DNA of 64,000 nt from Eledone cirrhosa (lineage: Eukaryota), in NCBI GenBank assembly GCA_964016885.1, contig OZ024757.1:40920001-40984000 (forward strand), in the 5' to 3' direction. Of this stretch, positions 26,157 to 39,812 are shown piece by piece. The translations under genes and the position numbers were made by a program. How positions within the stretch are numbered: position 1 is the first letter of the stretch; the number at the start of each line of letters is the position of its first letter. The notes below the pieces were generated by a model, which was given only the letters and a program-made list of their open reading frames with translations, was not told the origin of the DNA and made no database searches.

Positions 26157-26686
26157 CGGTGGATTGGCAGAATCGGTAGAGGGTCGGACACCATGCTTTC
26201 CAGCATAGTTACGTCCCTTTACGATCTGAGTTCAAATCCCGCCGAGGTTGACTTTGCCTTTCATCCTTACGGGGTCGATAAAATAAAGTACCAGTAATTC
26301 ACAGGGTAATTGCTGGCCTTGTGCCTAAAGTAGTAACAATTATTATTATTATTATCGCGGTGGATTGGCAGTATCGGTAGAGAGTCGGACGCCATGCTTT
26401 GCAGCAAAGGGTTACGGCCCTTTATGGTCTGAGTTCAAATCCCGCCGAGGATAACTTTGCCTTTCACCCTTACGGGATCGATAAAATAAAGTACCAGTAA
26501 TACACTGGAGTTGATTTAATCGACTTTCCCCTCCCCCAAATTACTGGCCTTGTGTCAAATGTAGAAACAATTATTATTTTTATTATTAGGGTGGTGCATT
26601 GGATGAATCGGTAGAGCGTCAGAAAACATGGTTTATGGCATGGAGTTATGACACTTTGCGTTCAAATCCCGGTGAGGTTAGCTTTA
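26157..26686 (+). mobile_element. Three tandem tRNA/Deu-Nin SINE copies (short form, long form, head only)
   Basis: GCGGTGGATTGGCAG..TCGGTAGAG heads at 26157, 26357 and ~26588, with (ATT)n linkers. Confidence 0.9.
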
Positions 26687-26797
26687 TGTGTGTCTGTGTG
26701 TGTATGTCCATATGTGTGTATGACGATGTGTGTGTGTGTGTATGTCTATGTGTATGTATGTGTGTTATCCATGTGTGTTTGTGATTGTATGTGAGTG

Positions 26798-26876
<79 letters not shown>

Positions 26877-27044
26877 GCTGTAGTATCGTTCTACCTTTCC
26901 CCCTGGAATCACATCACTGTCTCTCTTCCATTAAACTACAATAAAACTTATATTTTATTTTTTGTTGTGACTTTCTTTCCAACACCGCAAATAAAAGGAT
27001 TAACGGATGTATATGATTTATTTGGGATCCAGGGACGGAAAGAC

Positions 27045-27490
27045 TCTACTACTACCACCACCATTACTACCTCTGCCGTCACCACCGTTACCATCACCAA
27101 AACCCACCACCAACACCACCACCAACACCACCACACCATCACCACAGCCGCCACCACACCACCACCACCACCACCACTACCACAAACACCATCACCACCA
27201 CCACCACAACCACCACCACTACCACAAACACCACCCACCACCACTATCACAAACACCACCACAACCACTACCACCACCACCATCACCACCACTATCACAA
27301 ACACCACCACCACTATCACAAACACCATCACCACCACCACCACCACCACCACTATCACAAACACCACCACAACCACTACCACCAACACCACCACCACCAC
27401 CACCACCATCACCACCACTATCACAAACACCACCACAACCACTACCACCAACACCACCACCACCACCACCACCACCACCACCACCACCTT
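27045..27490. repeat. (ACC)n-derived compound micro/minisatellite
   Basis: Repeated CACCACCACTATCACAAACACC units. Confidence 0.9.
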
Positions 27491-27628
27491 TCTTGATAGT
27501 GACAACAATCTAATGGATAGTACAACATAGATTGAAATCTTGGGTAGACCACATTGCATAAACCTTAAACTCCCTCTTTCTCTCTCACTGTCTCTCTCTT
27601 TCTCTTTGTCTCTAGGTCTCTCTATCTC

Positions 27629-27663
<35 letters not shown>

Positions 27664-27707
27664 GACACATTCTCTCTCACTCTACTCTCTCATTCTGTCT
27701 TTCTCTT

Positions 27708-27776
<69 letters not shown>

Positions 27777-28265
27777 GCCCTTGCTAATATTTTATTTTAC
27801 TGACCCACCAAAGAATACAAATAATGTCAACATTTATATATATATTGATCTGTAAGATCAGAACGTATTGATCTCAAAGCCAGGCATGATGACATCAAAA
27901 GAAAGGCTGTTGTGATTCCCAATCCATATTCCTACATTCATCTATTTCTAGATTCCTACAGTCATCTATTCCTATATTCCTATATTCCTATATTCCTCCA
28001 ACAGAATCATTGGAACTGGGTGAGGCTTAAAGAAATGATTGTACGAAAACAAAGGAACATTTAAAGCTATGCTTCTTCTTCTTCTTCTTCTTCTTCTTCT
28101 TCTTCTTCTTCTTCTCCTCCTCCTCCTTCTTCTTCTTCTTCTTTTTCTTACTTCTTTTTTCTTCTCCTTTTCTTCTTTTTTTTTTCTTGTTTTACTTTTA
28201 TTTTTATTTATCTTCCTCTTCTTATCCTTCCATCTTCTTTTTATCTTCTTCTTCTTCTTACTCAC

Positions 28266-28582
28266 CCATTTGTTTCTGTTGTGTGCACAAAACACAAAAG
28301 CAAGATGGTGTAGGATAAAACAAAAGAGAGACACACAAAATAAAGAAATCCAGTCACTGAGAAGGTCAAATGTTGTGTGACAAAAGAGGTTTGACAATAT
28401 ATTAAAAACCAACCGGTTATTGAACCAACCAGCCATCCGGAAATTTATAATAAATTGAAGTGAAAAGCCTCAGGTGCGTGTGTTTGTGTTTTTATTGACA
28501 GCATGACCCTACCAAAGTATAACAATATCTGTTTCAACACACCTTTTCAGGTAATCTTGCAAAAAAAAATTCAAACACGAAG
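28266..28582 (+). mobile_element. Family A element, diverged copy A2 with decayed hammerhead (28353-28395)
   Basis: GTCA-CTGAGA-aGGTCA..TGAC-AAAA-gagg-TT-TGAC. Colinear with A3 to the terminus CACGAAG-(TA)n. Confidence 0.8.
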
Positions 28583-28606
28583 TATATATATATATATATA
28601 TATATA

Positions 28607-28789
28607 TAATTGTTTCTACTTTAGGCGCAAGGCCAGCAATAACCTGTGCATTACTGGTACTTTATTTTTATCGACCCCGTAAGGTTGAAAGGCAAAGTCA
28701 ACCTCGGCGAGATTTGAACTCAGATTGTAAAGGGACGTAACTATGCTAGAAAGCATGGCGTCCGACCCTCTCCTGATACTGCCAATCCA
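28607..28789 (-). mobile_element. Young short-form SINE
   Basis: Matches 13786-13972. Confidence 0.9.
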
Positions 28790-29183
28790 AATATAATGAC
28801 AACCAGGGGAGAATTCTGAGAAAGATTGCTGTCAGTATTTCAGTATGAGGTAGGTGTCTGACTCCGCTAGGTTAAGTTTGCCTGTCGCCATGTCTTTGAC
28901 CTTCAAACCTTCAATAGACTCGAGAAAATAAATACGCTTAAGTATAAAAGCAAAGCGAGAAGAAAGGTTATCGGTCAAATGGAAAGAATCTTAGAATCTT
29001 TTGCTTCTATGTTTTATAATTTTCTCAGCTGCTTCTTACATGTTGTTTTGTAGGTTAAGCGATGGTTATTGAAAGTTCGCCGCTGAGAGGAAGTAGAAAC
29101 TAACACCACGCCACCTGCTACATATATTTTATATTTGTTTCTCCCCGTCCGCAGATTTCAGACAGTACACGTATACAATTATT

Positions 29184-29255
<72 letters not shown>

Positions 29256-29326
29256 TACATATATATAGGTATATATATATATATATATATATAGGTACAT
29301 ATATATATATATAGGTACATATATAT

Positions 29327-29357
<31 letters not shown>

Positions 29358-29388
29358 GGTACATATATATATATATAGGTATATATAT

Positions 29389-29429
<41 letters not shown>

Positions 29430-29435
29430 ATATAT

Positions 29436-29482
<47 letters not shown>

Positions 29483-29529
29483 TATATACATATATATGTA
29501 CATATATAAGTATATATATATATAATTAC

Positions 29530-29566
<37 letters not shown>

Positions 29567-29570
<4 letters not shown>

Positions 29571-29593
29571 AAAAAGTATGACCCCGACGGCAG
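29567..29593. mobile_element. 27-bp family C arm fragment in (TA)n
   Basis: ATAGGAAAAAGTATGACCCCGACGGCAG matches the family C arm start. Confidence 0.6.
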
Positions 29594-29987
29594 TATATAT
29601 ATACTTTTAAAACACAGGATTGCGAATTCTTTCTATATTTCCTGTACTGTGTTCACTCTTCACCTTGTTGTTCCTATTTATGTTGTTGTTGATGTTGCTG
29701 TTGTTGTTGTTGTTGTTGTTTCTTTCCCTCACGTCTGGCAGTTGTGATTTCATTGATAATGTTAGTGATGCAGATTTTTAATACATCTGTAACTGATAAC
29801 AGTTTTCTGCAGTCAACATATCTCAGTTATTTATTTAACCCTAGGTCAACCTCCATCGCTCACACTTATGATCAAAGACGTCCAATTATTCATTATGCCG
29901 TATTCGTTTTTTAGACGAAATACCAAGAGTTGCTTGTTTTGAATTGTTATTCTTATATGTTTTTCTGGTTACTATGTTCACATGACA

Positions 29988-30912
29988 GCTGGTAGCTTGG
30001 CAGTAACTGGTAGAGCGTCGGACAACAGGCTTCGTAGCATAGCATAGATTTTATGGCCCTTTATATTCTGTGTTCAAATGCCGCCGAGGTTAGCTTTGCC
30101 TTTCATCATTACGGGGTCAATAAAATAAAGTACCAGTGATGCACTGGGATGGGTTTAATCGAATTGTCCTTCCCCCAAAATTGCTGGCCTTGTGCCTATA
30201 GTAGAAATCATTATCATTATTATTATTATTCCAGTATCGGTAGAATTTCGGACAACATGTTTTGTGACATAGAGTTACGGCCCTTTATATTTTGAGTTCA
30301 AATCTTTCTGAGGTTAGACTCTACATTCATCCTTATGAGAGTCGATAAAATAAAGTACCAGTAACACACTGCGGTTGATCTGGGGTAAATTTAATTGACC
30401 TCTCCCCTTCCATTTAAATTACTAGCCATGTGCCGAACGTAGAAACAATTATTTAATCAGGAAAGGAACCCCTTTTAATGGTCTCCTCGGTAGAAGGTTC
30501 AGAGAGAGGGGTAGGAAGGTATAATCAAACCAAATACCTGCTCCCAATATTATCCATGAACTGACCTCCCGCTAAATCATCCGAGGGACATATGGTGGTT
30601 CTTACGAACCCATAGGGATGATAGGCAAAGCTAACCTTGGCGTGATTTAAACTCAGAATGTAAAGGGTTCTAACTCTATGCCACTAAATATGTTGTCCAA
30701 TGCTCTACCGATTCTGCGAAACTAAATAATTGTTTCTACTTTTGGCGCAAAGCCAGCAATTCCAACAGTGTATTCCTGGTACTTTATTTTATCGACCCAG
30801 TAAGGATGAAAGGCAAGGTTACCCTCGGTGGGATTTGAACTCAGATCATAAAGGGGCATAACTCTATGCTGCAAAGGATGGCGTCCGACCTTCTACCGTT
30901 ACTACCAATCCT
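29988..30912. mobile_element. Four SINE copies: two + (29988-30452) facing two - (30618-30912)
   Basis: Deu/Nin-like cores on both strands. Confidence 0.85.
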
Positions 30913-31454
30913 CCAATGCATATTGCACTAAATAATGTTGAAAAGTTGTGGTGTAATAGATTGGAAACAGACATAAATAAGTAGGGTAGGACTTTAAATA
31001 AATATAAAAATCAATAACATATAGGGGTGTGGGGGAAATATGAAGATTAATCCGAGAAGGCGGTTCTAATTTTGTCCATGTCATTGACTAAATACCAAAG
31101 ACAAGTTGCTCCAGTCTGGCCAATGTCCAAAGACAAGAAACACGTAAAAGATTAAAAGAGAGAAGAAACATTTTATTCCTTTATGGAGATGCCAGGTTTT
31201 ACTGAAAATATCTTTACAGAAAGAAATTGAAGGGTATATATATATGGAGATTTGGTCATATATATATATATATACGTATATATATATGTATATATATATA
31301 CATATATATATATGTATATACATATATATGTATATATATATGTATATATATATATATATATGTATATACATATATATGTATATATATGTATATACATATA
31401 TATGTATGTATATTTATATATATATACGTATGTATATTTATATATATATGCATT

Positions 31455-31489
<35 letters not shown>

Positions 31490-31562
31490 GTATATTTTTA
31501 CATATATATAATATAATATAATATATATATATATATATATACGTATATATATATATATATAC

Positions 31563-31628
<66 letters not shown>

Positions 31629-31778
31629 GTATATATATACATATATATACATACACATATATACATATATATATATATATGTACATATATAAGGTATATA
31701 TATATATATATATGTATGTATATATATAAGTATATATATATGTATATATATATGTATATATGTATGTATATATATAAG

Positions 31779-31865
<87 letters not shown>

Positions 31866-32030
31866 GCATGTATATATGCGTCTGTGTCTCTTTGTCTGTG
31901 TGTATATGTATGAATGTATGTGTGTCAGTGTATATGTATATATGTCTGAGTGTGTGTGTGTGAGTATGGGTCTATATGTATGCGTGAGGTTTTAAAAGAT
32001 GGAGCTTTGGACACATAAATAGATAGCTAA

Positions 32031-32111
<81 letters not shown>

Positions 32112-32851
32112 CAGAGAAAGCTAGATAAAGTCGATAACAAAATTGATATACGTTTCTAAACCAGGAACAAACAGATAAATTAGTGTCAGAATAAAGCGAA
32201 TTTATTATTTCAGAAAGACACTAATGCTATATTATATATGTGATATAATATATAAATCAGAATATAACTTAAAAGTTTAGCTACATTCTCTCTTCGTCTG
32301 CTCTTGATTTTGGCAACCAACGTTGATATAGTGCCAAGCAATACTGCTGTTACTGAAGGGTCATAGTATCTCCAGCCCTTTGCCATCTATTAAGGTATCT
32401 TTACTAAAATGGAGATATCAAACTAAGACATCATTTGGGATATCTCTATAAATCTTCACCAAGTATATTACAGATAAATTTTGAGTTGTTGCCGTTGTTA
32501 CTGTTGCTGTTGCTGTTGCTGTTGTTGTTATTATTGCTGCTGTTGCTTCTATTGCTGCTGTTGTTGTTGTTGTCGTCATTATTTAGCGACAGGTCACTGT
32601 GAAATGACAGACCTCCGATCAGTCATACCAACGTAAGTATATTCTGTCATTTTCAAGCATTCTCTAAGAAATGCTTTCTTCGTCATCTTCTATATAAGAT
32701 CTTAATTCTTTTATTTTTTTCCCCTAAGACTTTAAGGTATAATTTAAGGTATATTTCCTTATATTTTAGCAGGCCACTCGGCCATATATAAATTCATTAG
32801 TAGGATTCTTATATTTCTTTATGACAAGATATTATAACCAAATAAATTGAT

Positions 32852-32905
<54 letters not shown>

Positions 32906-32911
32906 TAAAGT

Positions 32912-32957
32912 TAGTCCTTCATCAGTGATCTTCCAACCTTCATTGGTAATTCAGCAC
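32912..32957 (-). mobile_element. Family B' 5' hammerhead half
   Basis: Minus strand TTGGAAGATCA-CTGATGA-aGGACTAA, then breaks off into TA-rich sequence. Confidence 0.55.
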
Positions 32958-33096
32958 TCTAAAGACCATATACCTCCGTTGGGACACGTAAATAAGGGGA
33001 ACGAGAGAGACTGTAAAGAATCAAAGATGGTAATGCAACGAAAAGTGAGTATATATATATAAATTAGAATTGGTGCTCTGAAATAGCGATATATAT

Positions 33097-33426
33097 ATAT
33101 GAATGTATATATAGTGTATTTTGCAATACACTGTATGCTTAATTAAAAGCATTTCGAAGACCTTACGCTATTGTTTTAGAGTAGTGACAGTCTCACTTAC
33201 TTTAAATTTTCAGAAAACAAAGTTAATAATCCACCTGTTAGGTGGAGTACTTAGCTTTGATAAGTACCAATCAGTACGAAACAGAGCTCTGTCAGCTTTA
33301 TCTCCCCTGTTTGCTGAAAATTTAAAGTAAGTGAGACTGTCACTACTCTAAAACAATAGCGTAAGGTCTTCGAAATGCTTTTAATTAAGCATACAGTGTA
33401 TTGCAATATACACTATATACACATTC

Positions 33427-33430
<4 letters not shown>
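33097..33430 (+). mobile_element. Family H palindromic element: ~115-bp near-perfect arms around a hammerhead-containing loop
   Basis: 33097-33213 is the reverse complement of 33314-33430, with TA flanks. The tail ATAGCGTAAGGTCTTC..TACATTCATATA recurs at 58791-58862. Confidence 0.85.
33253..33297 (+). ncRNA. Hammerhead motif with decayed core and 12-nt palindromic stem III (family H)
   Basis: AGCT-TTGATAA-GTAC caatca GTAC-GAA-ACAGAGCTCTGT-C-AGCT. All three stems pair and the triplet is GUC; the core differs from CTGATGA at 2 positions. Confidence 0.75.
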
Positions 33431-33485
<55 letters not shown>

Positions 33486-33636
33486 CACATATATATATAC
33501 ACATATATATATATATATATATATATCCAGGTAGTGTAACGCTAAGTTACTGTAGGTTCACCCAGAGGAGCACTCGATGTTTAGGTTCACGTCAGTAGCG
33601 AGGTGTAGAGCTAGACAGAGTGTATTATTATTATTA

Positions 33637-33928
33637 GCTTAACTTTGCCTTTCATCCTTACTGAGTCGATAAAATAAAGTACCAGTAATACGCTGGGATA
33701 ATTGCTGGCCTAGTGCCTAAAGTAGAAACAATTATATAGGGGGTAGATTGGCAGTATCGATAGAGGGTCGGACGCCATGCTTTGCAGCACAGTTGCGTCC
33801 CTTTACGGACTGAGTTCAAATCCCGCCGAGGTTAACTTTGCCTTTCATCCTTACGGGGTCGATAAAATAAAGTACCAGTAATACATTGGGATAATTGCTG
33901 GCCTTGTGCCAAAAAGTAGAAACAATTA
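33637..33928 (+). mobile_element. One 5'-truncated and one full short-form SINE
   Basis: SINE core and tail occur twice. Confidence 0.9.
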
Positions 33929-33949
33929 TAATTATATATATATATATAT

Positions 33950-34690
33950 GGACTCGTAACTTCTGATGGTGTTGTGGGGCATTGTATTGTAATGTGGCGT
34001 TTCTAAGGCATTTTTTTTTTAAACCAGGTAGGGCCCATCTCCTCCCTAGGTCTGAATACAGCAGATTTCCTCCAGTGAAGGATAGGAAAAATGAGAAAAT
34101 TTAAGTGAGAAAGAGATACAAAGGAAGAATTGACTCCAGGACTTGACTGGTAATTTTCTTATCGACCCTCAATCGATGAAAGGCGAAGTAGATCTAGGCG
34201 GAATATGAAATCGGAGCAGAAACAATCGGCAGAAATAATGGTTTCTGTTTTAGGCCTAAACCCAACAATTTTGGGGGAGGGAAAGTCGAATAAATCGACC
34301 CCATAGCATTACTGGTACTATATTTTATCGAAGACGCAAGACAGCTAACTTGGCAGGTATTGAACTCAAAGCATAAAGAACCAGCAAATATAATTCAAGA
34401 CATTTTATCAACAGGAAAACCCTCTAACGACCCCAGTGTATTACTGGTTCTTTATTTTATCGAGGACTAAAGACACAGCTAACCTCGGCGTGTTTTGAAC
34501 TCAGAACATAAAGAACCAGCAGATATAATGTAAGATATTGTATCCCCCCCCCTCCCTAAAAAAACGTCTAATGGCGTCAGTGCATTACTGGTTCTTTATT
34601 TTATCGAGGATGAAATACACAGCTAACCTCGGTGGGATTTGAACTCAGAGCATAAAAAACCGATTGATATAATGTAAGACATTGTATCTA
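33950..34690 (-). mobile_element. Long-tailed SINE plus a locally triplicated SINE body
   Basis: Three units share the private variant ACAGCTAAC(C/T)T(C/G)G...CATAAAGAACC. Confidence 0.8.
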
Positions 34691-35289
34691 AAGCAAATAC
34701 AAAAATAAAACCTCCTTCTAACGAATCCACAATTCAGCATTCGCCGCCCACCTTTCCTTTATAAAATTGTTAAATATTTTTCGATACCAGTTTTAACGTG
34801 AAATAGCTTAAAAAACAAAAGGTAAAAATCAAAAGATGTGTCAAATAGAATCGTTTTATAGCCCGTGTAAACTTGCTAACGTAAAGTTACACATTACCTT
34901 ACAGAATAACATGATAGCTATATTTATTTTCTATATAACAGTGATGGAATCCATTAAAATTGTCGACACGTCATTGAGTTGGTAGTCATTAGCATTTTAC
35001 TATTTCATTTTCTCTGCTATTGTTATTTAGTAAAAGTGTTCGTTTATTTTCTTTAGAATTTATTACGTTTTTCACTATGTTTAATACAGTTTCTATATCA
35101 TTATTATATTTTCTTTTACGCTTGCTTCATTCATGCACAATATTCTATGTAGAAAATATTACTTCTTATATTTTCTTCAAATGCATACTTAAAGTTTATA
35201 CTGAAATAAAATTTTTTAAAAACCTGAAAGGTGATAAATACATCAGTGAGAGTGATTTATTTAGCTTTTCCATCTACACACACACACAC

Positions 35290-35362
<73 letters not shown>

Positions 35363-35519
35363 TAATGTATGTATCTTTGTTTTTTCGTGAATTTTTAAAA
35401 ATCGTATTGAAATATTTTAACTAAAGACTTAAACTTTATTTATTTTGGTTTTGCGTCTAATATAATGTGTATATATTCAGATGTGTGTGCTTATACACAC
35501 ACATAGATATATATGAATA

Positions 35520-35578
<59 letters not shown>

Positions 35579-35704
35579 GCATGGATATGTATATAAGTAT
35601 GTATACATACATACATACATACATGCACACATATACACACACAAACACATACACCTATATACATATTTATATATATATTCATATATATATATATATATAT
35701 ACAC

Positions 35705-35781
<77 letters not shown>

Positions 35782-35877
35782 ATGTACTTTAGGAAGGCCA
35801 CGCTGTCAAAGTTTAACAGTATATGTGGCAACACACGTTTTCACATCAAATATCTTACAAAACATACAAAAACCAAT

Positions 35878-35942
<65 letters not shown>

Positions 35943-36120
35943 TGTATATATATGTATATATATATATATACATACATATATATATATAAAGAGAGGCTGC
36001 GCGAAGAGTGGGAAAGAGAAGTGAGATAATAAATAAAAGAGAGAATAATAGGATTGAGACAAGCGAGAGGATGGAAAACACAAAAAGATATACAAGACAT
36101 GTAGAAACAGATATCGAGTA

Positions 36121-36308
36121 ATAATTGTTTCTACTTTTGGCACAAGGCCAGCAAATACCCAGTACATTACTGGTACTTTATTTTATCGATTCCCGTAATG
36201 ATGAAAGGCAAAGTTAACCTCGGCGGGATTTGAACTCAGACCGGAAAGAGACGTAACTATGCTGGAAAGCATGGCGTCCGACTCTCTACCGATACTGCCA
36301 ATCCACCG
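36121..36308 (-). mobile_element. Young short-form SINE
   Basis: Matches the family consensus. Confidence 0.9.
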
Positions 36309-36579
36309 AATAATAATGGAAGTTAACGAGATGAAGAACGAGAGAATGCGAGAGCGAGAGGCGAGAACGAGAGAGGGAGAGACTGAGCGAGATTGAGAGA
36401 GCGATGTTTAGATAAGTAGATTAACTACGACTGCTTTCGTCTCTCAAATTCAATCTATCATCTTAGAAAGAAAAAATATTAAGGGAAAGAAACCGCATTA
36501 TGTTTCTTTTAAAAATATATATAAACCAAGTAGTAGCAGAAAAAAAATATATATATATATATTCATACATACATACATG

Positions 36580-36614
<35 letters not shown>

Positions 36615-36780
36615 ACACATATATATATATATATACATATAAAATGTATATATATATATATATATATATATGATGTATATAATGTATATATACATATAAA
36701 ATGTATATATATATATATAATATATATATATAGAGAGAGAGAGATTAAATATATAAATAGATACTTAAATACATATATAA

Positions 36781-36819
<39 letters not shown>

Positions 36820-36872
36820 CATAAATATATAAATATATAAATATATAAATAGATACTTAAATACATATATAA

Positions 36873-36911
<39 letters not shown>

Positions 36912-37339
36912 CATAAATATATAAATATATAAATATATAAATAGAAATAGTTAAATAGATTGGTGACTAAACACAGTTAAATTTAGAAAGAGTTTCATCG
37001 TGTAAGTTTTCAATGATTTAAGCGACATATTTGATGACTTTTCCTCCGATAGCCTTAAGCACAATCACTTAAGGATGAGAGTTTTTCAGTTGAGGTTTAT
37101 CTCTCATAAGACTTATCTCCACCTTTCTTTCCGCCATCGACATTCGTTTTAAATCAGAGGAACTAAAGAAGGCCATTAGTTACTCAGCGTCATTCATAAA
37201 TAACAATCTATTGCTGGTAACATCCTTTGGCCTCCAGTTTATTGTCAGTCTATTTAAGCTAACCATTTACCATCATTGCAGCTTTGCAACATTGCCGACT
37301 GCCCCCTGTCTTATTCCATCTACACCACCGCGGCAATTG

Positions 37340-37840
37340 TACCATTATTTCCTCCACTACCACCTCTTACAACAACACCACCATTACCACCTCTTACAAC
37401 AACACCACCACTACCACATCTTCTTTCATCGCCACCACTACCACCTATTACACCACCACCACTACAACCACCTCTACTTACACTACCGCCACTACCACCT
37501 CTTACACCATCACTACTACCACCTCTCACACCACCAACACTACTAACAATGCCACCATTACTACACCAACACCACTACCACCTCTTACACCACTACCACC
37601 ACTACCACCACCTTCTATACCATGACATCAAATACCACTATCACCGCTAGCACTTTATTACCACCAAAACTACCACCCCCACAGCTACCACCACCATCAC
37701 CACTATCACCATCACTGCACTACCACCACCAACACTACCACCACTACCACTATAACTACACCACCACCGTCACTACCAACACCATGGTGCTGGCGATGAT
37801 GATGATGATCATTGTAGTGTGATGGTGGTGGAGGTGCCGT

Positions 37841-37878
<38 letters not shown>

Positions 37879-37939
37879 GTGGCGATGGTGATGGTGGTGA
37901 TGATTGTGGTCGTGATGATAGTGATGATAGTAGTGATGG

Positions 37940-37986
<47 letters not shown>

Positions 37987-37990
37987 GTAT
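37340..37990. repeat. (CAC/CTA)-rich then (GAT)n microsatellite complex
   Basis: Read directly from the sequence. Confidence 0.9.
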
Positions 37991-38059
37991 TATTGATAAA
38001 TATCATTTCTATCTGGTATTTCATAGTATTTTATCGACATATTAATAAAAAAACATTTG

Positions 38060-38485
38060 TCAAATGCCACGTAATGTTATTATATATAATAAACCTTGGC
38101 AACTCCGGGTGCTGCTGCAAGTATTTTATAAACATACGCCAGAGAGAAAAAGAGAGAGAGGGATGTGGGATAAATGATTTCAGTATTGCAGTTAAAACCA
38201 GAAGTATAGGATATAATCTGTATGGGAGGTGATTCACAGCAAGTTATCGGTATATTAATAATAAAAAAAAATAGTATCAAATGCCAGATAATGTCATTTT
38301 ATATAATAAAGCTTGGCAATACCGGGTGCTGCTGCTAATATTTTATAAACATACGACGAGAGGAGAGAGGATAGTTGAGAGAGAGAGAGAGGCAGAGGTG
38401 TTATTGCAGTTAAAACCAGAAATATAGGATATAATATGTATGGGGGGGGGGGTCGTGTTATATTATCGGTATATTATATAAAATG
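38060..38485 (+). repeat. Two ~218-bp diverged tandem units, each with a Helitron-3'-end-like motif
   Basis: CCTTGGCAACTCCGGGTGCTGCTGCAAGT (38093) and GCTTGGCAATACCGGGTGCTGCTGCTAAT (38311); shared TATTGCAGTTAAAACCAGAA.TATAGGATATAAT. Confidence 0.7.
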
Positions 38486-38782
38486 CCATGATGACATACG
38501 ACATAAGATGTTATTTTATAATCAATATGGATATTATTATTGTTTTGGGGAGGGGAAAGACTCAACGACAACATTTCTTACCTCCCCTTAAACCAGTTTA
38601 TATGAGAGGAACATTCCGATCAAAAGGTTAAAGACATCAGAGACAATAGTCTTCCATGAAATCAAGAGAGATAGCAATATTTCTTAATTTTTTTTCTTTA
38701 TGTTTTACTGGTTTTAGTCATATGACTGCGGCCATGTTGGGGCAGCGACTTGATTTCATCGATCATAAATGGGGTAGGCATA

Positions 38783-39298
38783 AAAGTCAAACTCACTATC
38801 TTCAATTCGGTTTTCGTGCCAACCCTTACCTATGGTCAAGAATCTTGGGTAATGACCAACAAAATCGGAGATCAGAGAGTTACTCCAGGTAGAGCCGCTA
38901 CTTCTCCGAATTGAGAGATCACAACTCCGATACTACGGACATGTGGTTAGAATGTCTGAGGAAAGAATATGTAGCTCAGAGATCAGAGAGTTACTCCAGG
39001 TAGAGCCGCTACTTCTCTGAATTGAGAGATCACAACTCCGATACTACGGACATGTGGTTAGAATGTCTGAGGAAAGAATCGCTGGACAGATTTTACGGGC
39101 AAAACCAACCAGCAGGAGACCCAGGGGTAGACCTCGAGCAAGATGGTTGGATAACATGCAAGAGTTTGTCTGGTCACTTGGGGATCCAGCCGGATCAGTT
39201 AGAGAAGGGGCTGCTTCTGACAGGACCCACTGGAGGGAGTTTTTGATGACTCTGCTCCACCCATGACACTCTCAGGAATATGTGGACGTAGAAGAAGA
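38783..39298 (+). mobile_element. RTE-clade LINE 3' fragment (pseudogenised ORF end) with an internal 101-bp tandem duplication
   Basis: Translates KVKLTIFNSVFVPTLTYGQESWVMT ... IERSQLRYYGHVVRMSEERIAGQILRAKPTSRRPRGRPRARWLD, containing the YG.E.W, GHV.RM and RGRP..RW motifs of RTE C-termini. 38868-38968 is repeated at 38979-39079. GAAGAAG tail. Confidence 0.9.
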
Positions 39299-39352
39299 CT
39301 CTGTTTAGACTGATTATGAAATTTAGTTCTCTAAACGACGCAATATCAGTAT

Positions 39353-39812
39353 AGTGGATTAGTAATAATCGGTAGAGTATCGTTCAACATGCTTTGTGGC
39401 ATATAGTTTCGGTTCTTTATGTGCTGAGTTCAAATCCTGCCGAGGGTAGTTGTGTCTTTCATCCTTACGGGCTCGATAAAATAAAATACCAGTAATGTAC
39501 TGGGGGTCAATTTAATCGAATTTCCCTCCCCTAAAAATTGTTGGCCTTGTTCCTAGATCAGAAACCATTATCGTTATTCAAATAAGAGTGGTCCACTGTC
39601 TGAATCGGTAGAGCGTCGAACAACATTCTTTGTAGCATAGTTAAGTCTCTCTATGTGCTGATTTAAACCCCAACCAAAGTTAGCTTTGCATTCCATCCTT
39701 ACTGAGTCGATAATTTAAAATACCAGTAATGCACTAGTGTCGATTTAATTAATTTTCCCCTCAGCCTTCCAATTAAATTGCTGATCTTTTGCCAAAATGT
39801 AGAAACAATTAT
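39353..39812 (+). mobile_element. Two tandem long-form SINE copies
   Basis: Deu/Nin-like core occurs twice. Confidence 0.85.

Noticed and set aside
26730-27530. Thr/Pro-rich mucin-like ORF
   Set aside because: An (ACC)n compound repeat, open in multiple frames and on both strands.
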